This document shows, piece after piece, positions 39,440 through 53,451 of a DNA stretch of 64,000 nucleotides; position 1 is the stretch's first letter; each line of letters begins with the position of its first letter. Made by a program: the position numbers and the translations under genes. The notes below the pieces were generated by a model. That model was not told the origin of the DNA. It did no database searches and worked only from the letters and a program-made list of their open reading frames with translations. The DNA lies in assembly GCA_951406725.2 (NCBI GenBank), contig OX597825.1, forward strand, positions 85,374,001-85,438,000. The letters run 5' to 3'. This DNA is from Octopus vulgaris (lineage: Eukaryota).

Positions 39440-39495
<56 letters not shown>

Positions 39496-40993
39496 GATAC
39501 ATACATACATACATACAAAATATATATATATATATATATATATATGTTTGTATGTGTGTGTGTATGTAGGTATGTATGCTAACGATTCTGACAACTCGCC
39601 GCCTTAAGAATAAATATTACTCAACCGTGTGAGAAACGATCCTTTTTCATTATTCTGTTGATTCCGACGCGTTCGCGTTTCTGCCAGCTCGCTGCTGACA
39701 TCTTTACGCCGTGAGTTCAAATTCCCCCAAGACTGACTTTGTTCGAGGGGGCGGGTCGATGAAATAGGAACCTTTTAAGCAGTGGGCTCGATCGATTCCA
39801 TCGATTAACTCTCTCACTCTCTCTCACCAAAATTCTTGGCCCTATGCCAAAATTTGTAACATATATTCTGCCGATTTCAGCACAAATATGAAGGAACCGT
39901 TGGTCGTTCATCAATTTGTTTTTAATTAATTTGACTAATTTTATTTCCATCGATAAATCTAATAATCAAGAGATACGGGAAGAACACCACAAGTACTGAT
40001 CTTTCAACTGCTAACTCGCAATGATTTACGGCAAGAAAAAGGAATAATTTTACAATATTGTATTTGATTGCTAAATTTCCCGAAATCATAATGATAACCA
40101 TTTCCCATGAAAATTCCGTTCCTGTGATTATTTCAGATTCCAAGCAGAAGACATTTCCAATTTTGAATTAATTAAGTAAATACAGGTAAATGAGAGAACA
40201 TAATTATTGATTTGTTGGTTAATTTCATTAATTCGTTCAGATATTAACAGTAATAAGAATAATGTATTATAAAATGATATCAAAAATCTTCCTTAATCAG
40301 AAACGATTACCCGAGCAGACTTTTTATATCGTTCGTTTGTAGCTTTTATACAATTCTTATTACTGTTAGTCTTTGCACTTCCGTTTATCTCGAAAACGGT
40401 CAATGAAGAAAAAAAATCAGAACCAGGAATCAACTCTGACCTTACAACAAAACCATTTCTTAAAATTTCTGATTATAATATATATTCTTTTATACTCTAG
40501 GCATAAGGCCCGAAATCTTTGGGGAGTGAGCAAGTCGATTAGATTGATCCCAGTATGCAACTGGTACTTAATTTATCGACGCCGAAAGAATGAAAAGCAA
40601 AGTCGACCTCGGTGGAATTTGAACTCAGAACGTAAAAGACGGCCGAAATGCAGCTAAGAATTTTGCCCGGCGCGCTAACCATTCTGCCAGCTCGCTGCCT
40701 TGATAATAATATATATATTGTCAACAGAAGGGCGGCGAACTGGCAGAATCGTTAGCACGCCGGGCGAAATGCTTAGCTGCATTTCGTCTCTCTTTTACGT
40801 TCTGAGTTCAAATTCCACCGAGGTCGACTTTGACTTTCAGCCTCATCTGTAGGTGTCCGTGTGTGTGCATGTGAATATACATATATATTATATGTGTATG
40901 TATATATATATAACAACTGCAACGTGGAAAGTGTTTATAAGCCATTTAAGAAACACACAAAACCGTTAGATTCACTTCAACATTTAAGTTTAA

Positions 40994-41044
40994 TTTGCCA
41001 AAATATTTTCGTCGCTTTGAGACCGCGACCTGTTCACTGACAAA
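40994..41044 (-). ncRNA. Minimal hammerhead ribozyme motif, G3-C8 core variant
   Basis: UUUGUCA-GUGAACA-G-GUCGC-ggucucaaa-GCGAC-GAAA-AUAU-UU-UGGCAAA; 7-bp helix I, 5-bp helix II, palindromic helix III AAUAUU. Confidence 0.6.
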
Positions 41045-41098
41045 GCTTCCAGCACACGATCTCAGATCAGTCACTCGCTATGCAAGTACATCTCCAAA

Positions 41099-41148
<50 letters not shown>

Positions 41149-41568
41149 GTACATATATATGTACACACACACACATATATATAAAATCAAAATAAGCAAC
41201 ACCTTATTTTCATTTTATTCACCTTGCTTCGAGCTGTGCGGATGATACCGGACTGACTTGGCACTTCGACTGATATCTCTTTCCCTATAAACGTCTTGGA
41301 AACTCCTCACACCCTTCGCCGCTTTCTTATCTCTTTTGTCAATGATATTTACATATACACAATCATATATATGTGTGTGTATGTATATATACGCACACTA
41401 GTATGTTGCTGTGTCAGTGTATGGGTGTTTGACATGAGGTGTTGCTGTAAAAATTGTAAAAATAACTTCATCTCATAAGAGGATTAATGCCAGTTCCTGC
41501 ACAGATACATGCATGCAGACAGACACAAATACACACATGTGTTGTGTGTGCGTGTATGCTGTGTGCAT

Positions 41569-41600
<32 letters not shown>

Positions 41601-41625
41601 GAGAGAGAGATAGAATGACATAGAT

Positions 41626-41709
<84 letters not shown>

Positions 41710-42731
41710 GTATACCATACACACAAACGCACACATATTACTCATATGTATGTATGATTGTATGTATGTATATATGCATCCATGCCAGTATGTATGTATG
41801 TATGTATGTATGTATTTATGCATGTATGTATGTATATATGTATGCATGCATGTATGTATTTATGCATGTATGTATGTATGTATGTATGTATGTATGTATG
41901 TATGCATGCATGTATGTATATGCTTGCATATTGTTAATAAGTCTGAAAGCTGCATATTGAACCCTTAAGTAGTCAGTCAGTTTGGCAGAAAGAGCAGCCA
42001 AACTCTCCATTAATCTACACTCTGCCATGCTAAAAATAGCAAAAGAAACTCGACAATTTATTTCTAGCTGGACTGTATTTAAATTATATATTGGAATGGT
42101 GAGGAATGGTGAAAGCCTTCGGCAACGGATCTGTTACATGAAGCATGACTCGGGGCTAAGGAACGAACGAGAGAAGGCAACATATAATTTGAAGTTCTCA
42201 GGAATCTCTTGACGAAAGCTATTAAGCAAAACCATTAATGAGAACATAAATATATCTCATTAAGATGCGATAGCAAGCGGTTGTATGCCATAAACAAGGA
42301 GATATACACGAAGGGAGTTTCTAACCATAAAATATAAGAACAGGCAACGCTGTAATAATTGCAATGGAAGGGGAGCGCTTGTCAAATTGCCAATTGAGTA
42401 AAGCTGGTCAATAAAAGGTTTGTCTGTTTTATATAAAAGATGATCGGGGACGGAGGGGGGAGGTGTGAACTAATGGGACCTTAACTGGAGAGAGAACAGT
42501 AGGCACACACACACATCTACATACACACACACACACACACAGATACACATACGCAAACAGACACACAGACACACATACACACACTCAAACCTGTACACGC
42601 ACGTACGCACATATAAAAAAGTACATACTTGTATGCAGATAATACATATATATACATGCACACACATGCACGCATACACACACACGCACACACTCATATA
42701 TATATACATCATATATATATATATATATATT

Positions 42732-42770
<39 letters not shown>

Positions 42771-43257
42771 GTATATATATATTAGAAAAGAACTACCTTT
42801 TATCAATTCAAAATGAACAATTAAATTACACCATCTAGAAAATTACAATAAAATAACAATAAAATACCAATGATTAAGTAAATTGCCAAAAAATAATAAA
42901 ACGTATATAATTGGTAGAATAACGACACGTGTTTCGTGGCTATATTTAAGAAATGATTATAGTAAAAAAATTAATAGTAGTAGTAAAATCACTTCGATAC
43001 ATTCATACATACAAACATACATACAAACATACATACAAACATACATACATACATACATAACATAGACAGACAGATAGGGAGGTAGGTAGATACAGATATA
43101 GAAATAAATTCTGTATATCTTAACGTATATATACTGTGGAAAATCAAAAATCTGCAGTATTCGTCTTGCGGAAGCATCTCGTAGAGCGTACAGTGTTAAA
43201 AGGCACAGAAATATATCAGTAGCAGACGAGAAGTGCTCGGTAGTGTTGTTGGAATGG

Positions 43258-43296
43258 CTAAATCTGGGTTTCTGCTTCTTTGAGCCTCATCAGTAG
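43258..43296 (-). ncRNA. Degenerate hammerhead motif
   Basis: CUA-CUGAUGA-GGCU-caaaga-AGCa-GAAA-CCCAGA-UU-UAG; mismatches at the helix II and III bases; upstream frame contains FKPRLN, like PLE ORF ends. Confidence 0.45.
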
Positions 43297-43551
43297 TTAG
43301 CGTCCTGTAGTAACCACAGTGTGGTGACGTGTTTCGTCACGTGTCGTCGTGACGTGTATTTAACGAGTTAGAGAGAGACGCAAAGGCAAGAAGCTACGAT
43401 TGAGTCGAGGTTTGAACGTCCAGACAAGACCCACCAGTCGAAGAGAAGAAAACGAAAAAGAAGAATAAGAACTCACTGTCGTTAAATGACGATTTCTACA
43501 AGGAACTTTTGGACACATTTATAATGAAACGAATGAAAAAGTTGATACAAT

Positions 43552-43880
43552 TGAATTCCGTATTTCCGGTCAGTTATTTATCTTCATATCTTGACATCAA
43601 AGTATTTATTTTCTCTGTGATTACAAATGAAATTTCCACAAGACTGTCATATTGCTGTATTCTTTGTTGCATTGAAATCTGAATTTCTGATCAGTTATTT
43701 TTCTGCGTATCTTTGATAACGAAATATTTATCTCTATTTTGTGTTAATAAACCAACAATTTTCACCCGACGTCATCTGGGTTTATTTATTTATGAAGTCT
43801 GTATTTCCGGTCAGCCATATTTACTTTGTATCTTGATACCCAGATATTTATCACTTTTTGTGGTGACAAGCGAACATTTT
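43552..43880. repeat. Three diverged ~120-bp tandem units
   Basis: Unit starts TGAAnTCyGwATTTCyGrTCAG at ~43552, 43673, 43793. Confidence 0.6.
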
Positions 43881-43925
43881 CCGCACACATACTTAGATAA
43901 ATTTAACCTCAACTGATAGTTGTTT

Positions 43926-44029
43926 CGGCGGAGGTAAAGAATACGTACACAACCTGTTTTCGGCGTAACAAAAACACTAAAATAACCCTAACCCTAAACA
44001 CCGGGTGTACGTATTCTATTCTTACGCCG
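43926..44029. mobile_element. 104-bp MITE with internal (CCCTAA) repeats and 6-bp TSD
   Basis: TIR CGGCG..AGAATACGTACAC / GTGTACGTATTCT..CGCCG; TTGTTT at 43920-43925 and 44030-44035. Confidence 0.8.
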
Positions 44030-44289
44030 TTGTTTCATGCTACGGGTGACGATCAAAGAAGCAGAAATACATGCTTAGCTGCGAAATACTTTTTGCCGAC
44101 AGATGATATACTTCTCTGCTTTTTAGCGCAATTAATTTGCGTGAGATGCTTTCTTGAGATTAAAAACACCGTTTCCTGGCTTTCTACAATATACCCACCT
44201 CAAGTAAGATCTATAAAATGCTATTTTGAACTAATTCTGCTTCCATTGCTAATACCGAATAAACACCCCACCCCACCCAATATAGTGCA

Positions 44290-44567
44290 ATTCGAAAGCC
44301 AAGGAAAAGAATCAACAGATTATCATTTCAGCTGACCTGTGCTCTCGGAAAAGAAGCTTCGCTGTTTGAAGAGAATTGTGGAATAGAACCCCGTTCGAAG
44401 GCTTCTGACATTGCAAAACAGCTAGAAGTTAGTCCAAGAACATCTGTTATATATCTGCATAAGCTTGGGTATTATGGACGAGCAGCTAGAAGGAAAGCTC
44501 TCCTTCAACTAATTATTATCAAATAAAAGATTTTGAAAATTAAAGGTGTCTATTTACTTCCTGCATA

Positions 44568-44575
<8 letters not shown>
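44290..44575 (+). mobile_element. mariner-like transposase HTH remnant
   Basis: IVE*NP..ASDIAKQLEVSPRTSVIYLHKLGY. Confidence 0.45.
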
Positions 44576-44608
<33 letters not shown>

Positions 44609-45367
44609 CATATATAATTTATTTAGGCACCAGTAAGCAAATGCGTACCAACGAGGAGAACTATAACAATCATTAAATATGACTGAAGATGTTATAAATA
44701 CCTACATTGCTAGAAATAAGAGCTAAACGCTCTAATGCTGAAGTCAGCGCACATAATTGTCTACATACTTGCCGACAGGGACAGCAATCGCCCGAAAAGA
44801 AGCGATCGACATATTCCCAGACTGATCGGTTAGTATTCAGTGGGATCGGCCCGACTCGGCTGATTCCGGACGACGGTCACTCTCAAGAATATTTGTCTAC
44901 GCCATAGAAATCTACGGATGGTTTAGCGAATCCCTAATGTGTATACAAATAATTTATTTACGCATACATACATACATACATACATACACACATACAGACA
45001 GACAGACAGACAGACAGACATTAATAAATGAAGCTGTTCAAAAACAGTATTGACAATTTTACAATTTTTTCCCCCAAAATTTCTAACTTAAGATCGGAAC
45101 TCGATAGAACAAAAATCCCAGAACTTATTCACAGATGTAAGTTCCGTTGCTGCTGCTATGGAAAAGAGTTGCTAAGAGAAATACGATCTCATATATTCTC
45201 AGAATGGTTTTTCTGAATAAATGAACGAATGATATTATGGCGACTTTCAATAAATGTAGATATCTATATTAAGAATATTTATATTTCTTGCTGTGAAGAA
45301 TTTCATTGTTCTTCGTTTCTTGTAGTGACATCTCTACTCTATTACGTACAAATATATTCAATCCATC

Positions 45368-45400
<33 letters not shown>

Positions 45401-45435
45401 CATACATACATACATACACGTACGTAGGTGTATGT

Positions 45436-45502
<67 letters not shown>

Positions 45503-45837
45503 ATTTCGAGTGAAATATTTTTCAATTCTTTAATATATCAACATGTAGGCGATAGAAAGAACTCGATACTCTAACTAAAATAGTTGTAATATATTTGAAA
45601 CTGATATTTAACCAATAGTTTCTCGTTGCCGATATTGGAAGATTATTAAAAAAAAATTGCAGGACAAAACGTTTTAAATGTTTACAGAAGAATCTTTAAT
45701 AAATTGGTTCTGTTATTTGGTTTATAAGTTGTAATAGAAAAAAACATTTTGGAAACAAAATAAATATTTAGTTGCGAGCACGAAGCTGGTGAGAGAAACA
45801 TATAATGGTAGCAATATATTGTATGTGTGTGTGTATG

Positions 45838-45882
<45 letters not shown>

Positions 45883-45894
45883 ATATATATATAA

Positions 45895-46219
45895 TATATA
45901 TATATATGCATATATACATACGTACATGTACATACATCTATACGTATACATACATACATATATGCATACATACATATGTAGGCACAGGACGTCACGAAAC
46001 GTGTACAGTAAAAAATAGAGACCACGAGTATTTCGAACATTTAACAACAAAATATGAGGGTAGAAAAACAGCCAACAACTGATGAAGAGTCGTTCTTTAT
46101 GTTGTTTGTCTTGTTTTCCATTTGTGCCTTTCGTTACGTGAAAAAATAGCTCATATTCCATGTAATCGTACTTTCTACTTTTTTGTTGTACACGTTTCGT
46201 GACGTCCTGTGTCCACATA

Positions 46220-46251
<32 letters not shown>

Positions 46252-46330
46252 CGTATAGATGTAAGTATGTACATATATGTATGTATATATGCATATATAT
46301 ACATACTTCCATACATATATATATAATGAA
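45895..46330. mobile_element. PLE-like fold-back (ACAGGACGTCAC family)
   Basis: Inverted arms ~45895-46030 / 46165-46330; internal CUGAUGA-hairpin at 46079. Confidence 0.65.
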
Positions 46331-46924
46331 TAAAATTGCTATGAACGAATATAACGAATACAAAATATGAAAATAAGAATGCAACATAATATGGATGAGA
46401 AATATTTGAGTAGCAGACGAAGAATACTTCGAGAAATCCATTGTTCTATTGCGTACATTTTGTTGATAGAAGAAGAGAGGGGGTTTGTGTATCAGTAATG
46501 TGTTCAGAAAAATGCAAAAGAACAGCTATTTACGAAAAAAACTGGTGTGAAAGAAAACATTTCTTGTGGCATGTAACATATTTATTACTAATTTAATATC
46601 CTTCAACAAGAATTTGGCGTAATGTCTGCCAGAACTGCCAAATTAGCACTTTTTCTTTAAACCATTCGAGTTCCGTAGGCGAGTATGCCATCCACCTATT
46701 CAAAGTGGGAAATGGAGTCCTTGAAAGGAATTCCAAAGACAAATTTAATTGATATTTGGTTAAACTACTGAAGTAGGACAGAAACTGATTGCCATAGTTT
46801 TCCAAACTTCCATATCTGACAATGTGGTGCTCAAATCTTCTGCGAATGACCAATCTTGGCACCAAAAGAGTCATTCTGAGAGAAGTGAAGAAAACAGTTA
46901 ACAAATCTGCAGTGATATACTTGG

Positions 46925-47017
<93 letters not shown>

Positions 47018-47670
47018 AGTCATTCGATCAGGAAATCAAGGCAACCACAATTCCTCAACTCTGAGAGTTGAATGTGCAATGCGCAGCATGCGTATTAGTG
47101 CAAACATGTAAAATAATTTGTTTCACACTGAAATTATTATTAAACGAAGAGGATTGCGAAACGACCGTAAGCCCATGGAAATCCAATTGTTAAAATTAAC
47201 TTATTTACTACTCTTAGATGGGTTGGGTGGGTCGGCTGTGTGAATATATGTATCTAAGCACACACACACACTCGTGTAAGTTCGGATGCATACACGCAGA
47301 TATATGGACATTTACATGAACATAAATACGCATACGCCACCACCACTTCACATCTACCGGCCCTTCCTACTTCCCTCCAGCCACTCGACCAATCTCTTGT
47401 CCACCACGCGGTCGATTTCCTGTTCACAGTGCGGCATTTTCCAACCAACTGTTGTCATTGAAATACGGACACCAAACCGCTATGCCCCGTGACCTTTCTT
47501 GACCAATCAGAGGCAATCATTGACTCTCTTCAATCGAACTCTCATTCAGACTCCAATGGCCAAAGAAACTCAGAGTACCAAAGGGTCTGAATCAAACTGT
47601 TTATATATATATATATATATATACATATATTTACTCCGTCTTCCCTTCTTTGGATCTTTCCTTTTCCTAT

Positions 47671-47705
47671 GTTTCTGACGAAGAGCTCCGCTCGAAACGT
47701 TAAAC
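47671..47705 (+). ncRNA. Minimal 35-nt hammerhead ribozyme motif
   Basis: GUUU-CUGACGA-A-GAGC-ucc-GCUC-GAAA-CG-UU-AAAC; canonical core, palindromic helix III ACGU, GUU site. Confidence 0.72.
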
Positions 47706-48566
47706 CCTCCTTCTTTCTTTCCTTTCCTGAGCGTCCAATAACACTATACTTGAATATTGGCTGGCTGGCTGGCTGGTTGGATGGTTGTTATATCCAGAGA
47801 GAGAGTAACATGAGTTGTGCAGGATGAGTAAGGAGAAAGGTTGAGAGGAGGGGGAGGAGGAGGAGGAGAAGAAGAAGAAGAAGAAGAAGAAGAAGAAGAA
47901 GAAGAAGAAGAAGAAGAAGAAGAAGAAGAAGAAGAAGAAGAAGAAGAAGAAGAGACGGCGGCGCGGCAGCGGAGGAGAAGGAGTAGGTGGAGGAGGAGAC
48001 TGCGAAATTTCTTTTAATTTAATTTTAAAGTAATAAATATTTTTTGTTCGCTTTTGAAAATGAATCTTCATTTCATCCTATTCCACCATAAACCATCAAG
48101 AAATTTAATAAAACTTCAATTATATTCTACGCATGCCATATTTCCTGATATTACCAACATCGATTCTTATTACACAGATATTCTGTACATTGCGACAGCT
48201 ATTGTTGCTTAGTAAATTGGACCAACTCTCACCCAACCAAACGTGACCATCACGTCTATATTTTCAGACCTGGCGTATCTTGAGTGCACTTTTATTTTAT
48301 AAACTGTAAAGTGTGACTCGATGACGATTTGGCTGTTATTTCTAGCAGTTCCCTCTGATCATGTATAAATATATCGTTTTACTCTTTCATGTATTTCACT
48401 CTTTTGACTGTGGCCATGCCGGAGCACCACCTTTTAGTCGGAGAAATCCACCCCGGAACTTTGTATCAGTCTGTCTGCCGAACCGCTAAGTTACGAGGAC
48501 GTAAACACACCAACATCGGTTGTCGAGCGATGGTGCGCGACAAACACAGACACAAAGATATACACA

Positions 48567-48608
<42 letters not shown>

Positions 48609-48631
48609 TTTGTGTATATATATATACATAC

Positions 48632-48665
<34 letters not shown>

Positions 48666-49814
48666 GCATGTGTGTGTCTTTGTGTCTGTGTGTATGTATA
48701 TATATGCATATATACATACGTATATGTACATAATTACATCTATACGAATATACATATGCATATGTGGGTACAGGACGTCACGGAACGTAAACAACATAAA
48801 AAACGAAAACATGAGATACTAAATGCGAATAAATGGAATATGAACTTTTTTTTGCAACAACGAAAGAAACAAATGGAAAACATGACAAGTAACATAACGA
48901 ACGACCCTTCATCAGTTGTCGGCTGTTTTTCTAATCCGTATTTCGAGCAATTCACGACAAGATATGCCTTCGCTAAAACAGTTGCACCTGCAAAGCAAAC
49001 TGAATAAAATTTGGGATTTTGCGGAGGGTGAAACCGGTAACAAAGACAGGACAGTGGAAACAAACAGGAAGGGCTGCTAAGCCTAAACGAGGTGAGGTGG
49101 CGAACGCGGAGAAACAAGCTTGGGGCTTCTTTCAGTTTCCGTCTACCAAATCTACTCATAAGGCTTTGGTCAGCCCGAGGCTATAGAGGAAGACACTTGC
49201 CCAAGATGCTACGCAACGAGATTGAACCCGGAACCATCTGGTTGAGAAGCAAGCTTTTTACTACACAGCCACACCTGCGCCTATATAACTACTCCTGCTC
49301 CTATAAAGCCACTCCTGCGCCTATATAGCCCCGCCTACATAGCCGCGCCAATATAGCCGCGCCTATATCGCCACTCTTGCACCTATATGGCTACCCCTAC
49401 GCCTTGTTGACAATATTTTAAAGATTACAATTGCAAGAGTCTTTTAGTGATTCCGAAATTGGATTTCGATATTCCTGACTTAAAAGATTATTTACTGTTT
49501 GTTTCGAGAGAGGAAGTTAAACCTTTTGGTCCAAACTGGAAGAGTGTCGAAGTTGGCAGAATTCCATAAAAGAAGATGGAAAAGCTTGGTTAAGACACTC
49601 TACAACTTCTGCTCCGTTTATTTGGCAACAACTACAACAATTCTACAAACGATGATACACCGAGTAAAAAGTGTTGCTCGGGGAGAAACGAAATTTAAAA
49701 CAAAATACGTTTCCAGTTCAATTAATTGTTGGTAGATATTGTTTTGGTCGTCTATAGCCTTTAACTCGATTCGTTTCATATGATGACGACGACGACGACG
49801 ATGATGACGACGAC

Positions 49815-49880
<66 letters not shown>

Positions 49881-50399
49881 GGTGGTGGTGGTGGTGGTGG
49901 TGGTGGTGATGGTGATGATGATGATGATGATGACGACAACGACGATGATGATGATGACGACGACGATGATGATGATGATGATGATGACGACGACGATGAT
50001 GATGATGATGATGATGGTTTCAAATTTTGGTACAAGGCTAAAAATTTGGGGATGGACTAAATCGATTACGTCGTCCCCAGTACTCAACTGGTACTTATTT
50101 TATCGATCCCGAAGGGACGAAATGCAAATTCGACCCCGATGGAATGATGATACCGCTGATGATGATGATGATGAAGGATTGTCAGGAGGGTTCTAAGCAC
50201 TTGATAGGCTGCTGAAAACGTGTGGGTACCTAAGGTTACAGGTACCCACATAAATCCTACCAGGAATAAGACCGAACTTGAGCCAAACCAAAATAATAAT
50301 AATGGAACACTGGAAAAGAGAGTGAGAGCACGATACTGGTAGCGCAAGACCAAGCTTTGGCCACGAATTGGGTGGGGGGCGGGTCAAACTTAGGAATAA

Positions 50400-50970
50400 G
50401 CAAGTGTCTCTACTGCGCCGCATCTGTAATAGATCAAACCATTGGCCATATCAGGAACGAATGCCCTAGAATTGCTCAAGACCACAACAAGTTGTGGCGA
50501 CGCGATAAGGTAGTGAAAGTGCTACATTGGAAACTGTGCGAAAAGTGGGTGCTTGAGAGAGTGAGACAAGAGATGCTTTGAGCACAAACTTCAGAGAGTA
50601 ACAGAGTCGGAGACTAGCAAAATTCTCTGGGATTTCCCAATCCAAACAGCTCAGATGCTGGAGCATAACGGAACGGACCTAGTGGTGTGGACAAGGTGCA
50701 CCACATATGTTATATTCGTTTGACCCACGAATAGACAAGAAGGAAGGCGAAAAGATAGATAGATAGATAGAACCCTCTTAAGTACTAAATAGCCTGGCTG
50801 TGGAAAATGAAGGATGTGAAGATAGTGCCAATTATTGTTGGGTCCTTGGGAACAGTATCAGAAGGCATCAAGGGGAATATAAAGGAGGAAATCGGAATAG
50901 AGTGCCCAGGAGAATTGTTAGCAAAGATTTGCCTCCTTGACACGACTAGAATAATTAGGAAAGTATTAGA
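50400..50970 (+). mobile_element. R4/Dong-like non-LTR retrotransposon remnant (CCHC knuckle plus RLE endonuclease)
   Basis: CLYC..TIGHIRNEC..RDKVVKVLHWKLC, KILWDFPIQT, VKIVPIIVGSLGTV, ICLLDTTRIIRKVL; frameshifted. Confidence 0.85.
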
Positions 50971-51875
50971 TTGCTGGAAAGAATGGATAGCATAGGGGAG
51001 GTGGTGGTGGCGGTCGTTTCGGTTGTGGTGCTACTGCTAGTGGTGGTGGTGGTGGTGGTGGTGGTGAGGTTTGTCTCTATAGCATGCTTACGGCCATAAT
51101 GAAAGAGCGATTCCGCAAAGTCAGTGGATTCGCGGTGCGATGCTTCTTCAGGAGGCAGGCAACGGAAGGAGGCCGTCGCCCGTCGTTTGATGTGATTGGA
51201 GGAGCAGATGAAACACTTGAGGAACACTGATGAAGTCAATGGTAAGGAACCACCGAACTCTATCTAGCAATCGATGGGTCGCTTCGACTGTGTGATTTAT
51301 AGGGTTAAGATCGATATTTCTTGCATGACAACGATTGAGTCAATTCACCGAGAGCATCGACCTTTACCACCACCACCGCCACCGCCGCCACCACCACTCC
51401 ATCATCACCACGGTTATCAGTAGCAGCTGTAGCAGCAGCATCAACATCATCATGCTAATGAGTACGACGTTATTATCACCACCACCACCACCCACCCCAC
51501 CATCATCCTTTTCCTCCTCCTCCTTCTTACCATTGTTATCATTTTCATGTCCCGGATAAAGATGTTTCTCATCTTCCTCCTCCTCCTCATCATCATCATC
51601 ATCTTCATCATCATCATCATCAACATCATCATCATCATCATCACCATCGACATCATCATCATCATTATCATTGTCGTCGTCGTCGTCATCATCAACATCA
51701 TCATCATCATCGCCATCACCATGCTCATCGTCGTCGTCGTCATCAACATCATCATCATCTTCATCATCATTATCATCATCATTATCATCATCATTATCAT
51801 CATCAACATTATCATCTACATCATCATCACCATCGCCATCACCATGGTCATCATCATCATCATCATCATCAGCAT

Positions 51876-51916
<41 letters not shown>

Positions 51917-52481
51917 GCATCATCATCATCAACGTCGCACACAGCTAGAGAGACTAATACACCCCTAAATACAAGCACCATCTGCGCTGTTTCCTTCCCT
52001 TCCTGTTCTAACACCAACCCCACCATGGCCACCATGAGTACTACCACCACCAACGCCACCACATACTCTCCACAGTAACATTAATGAATGAAGTGAAACA
52101 AAAGAGCTCCTCCCACCATGACCACCACCTTCACACTGTTACACCACATTCACAATCAATATTGCTCTCCATTTCTGCTTCTCGTTTTCACTGAACGAGA
52201 AATTAGTCGCCGTCATCATCATCATCATCATCATCATAATCTTCATCATCAACATTAGCAACAACAACAACAACATCATCATCATCATAATCTATGTGAT
52301 CATTATCATTTTAAGGGTGGGCGGGACGAGAGCATTAGAGATGCCATTGAAATGAGAGGGAAGTCTAACGGCGTTATGCTACATACATACACACATACAT
52401 ACATGCATACATACACACGCACAAATGCATATATATAAGTATTAGATAGATAGACAGACAGGCAGAGAGACAGGCCGACAA

Positions 52482-52572
<91 letters not shown>

Positions 52573-52704
52573 GATAGATAGATAGATCAAGTACATGTGC
52601 ATGGATGTATATATTTAAGGGTATATATATATACATTTCTGTAACTCTACGTTTGTCTGTCTCTTTCTCACAACCCCTCTCTCTCTCTCTCTCAGTTTAT
52701 CGAC

Positions 52705-52759
<55 letters not shown>

Positions 52760-52767
52760 ACTAACTA

Positions 52768-52849
<82 letters not shown>

Positions 52850-52895
52850 TATATACATATATACATCTATACACGCATATACAGATGCGTCTATG

Positions 52896-52946
<51 letters not shown>

Positions 52947-53377
52947 AACGTGTGTGTGTGTGTGAAGAGAATGAAATATGAAAGTGTGTGTGTGTATGTA
53001 TTTCTGTTTTTGAATGTGTGTGTGTGTGTGTGTGTATAATGACATTTAACAAAAGTAAATAAAATTAGTCCAACATAAAATCGAATTTGAAATAAAATCT
53101 GTTTAAAAACTCTTCCACTTTGGTATTCGTTAATAACAATTTGCCAGAAGTATTTTGACAGCAGAACTAAGATTTTGATGTCTCACTTGTTAACCTTCCA
53201 TTTTCAATTTTTGGCAAACGATTGGCGCAGTTTTGATATATTATTCTTGGAAATATATCAAACGGCTTTCAAAATGTTGATATCAAGTTTTAACGTCGGC
53301 TGAAGATTAATTTCCAATTTGGGTTAAAAATCTAAGGAAATGTTTGCGTTTCTAAGTATAACGTTTCTTCAAACCAC

Positions 53378-53451
<74 letters not shown>

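Larger units (their letters stand above)
38142..39442. mobile_element. Large PLE-like palindromic insertion (arms 38142-38685 / 38712-39254; right arm continues to (TA)n)
   Basis: ~544-bp arms with only a handful of differences, 26-nt spacer, (TA)n at both ends, one full HHR per arm. Confidence 0.85.

Noticed and set aside
42920-42950. GAAAC-ACGU-GUC hammerhead 3' half on the minus strand (similar fragments near 21160 and 57300)
   Set aside because: No matching CUGANGA half nearby; truncated remnants.
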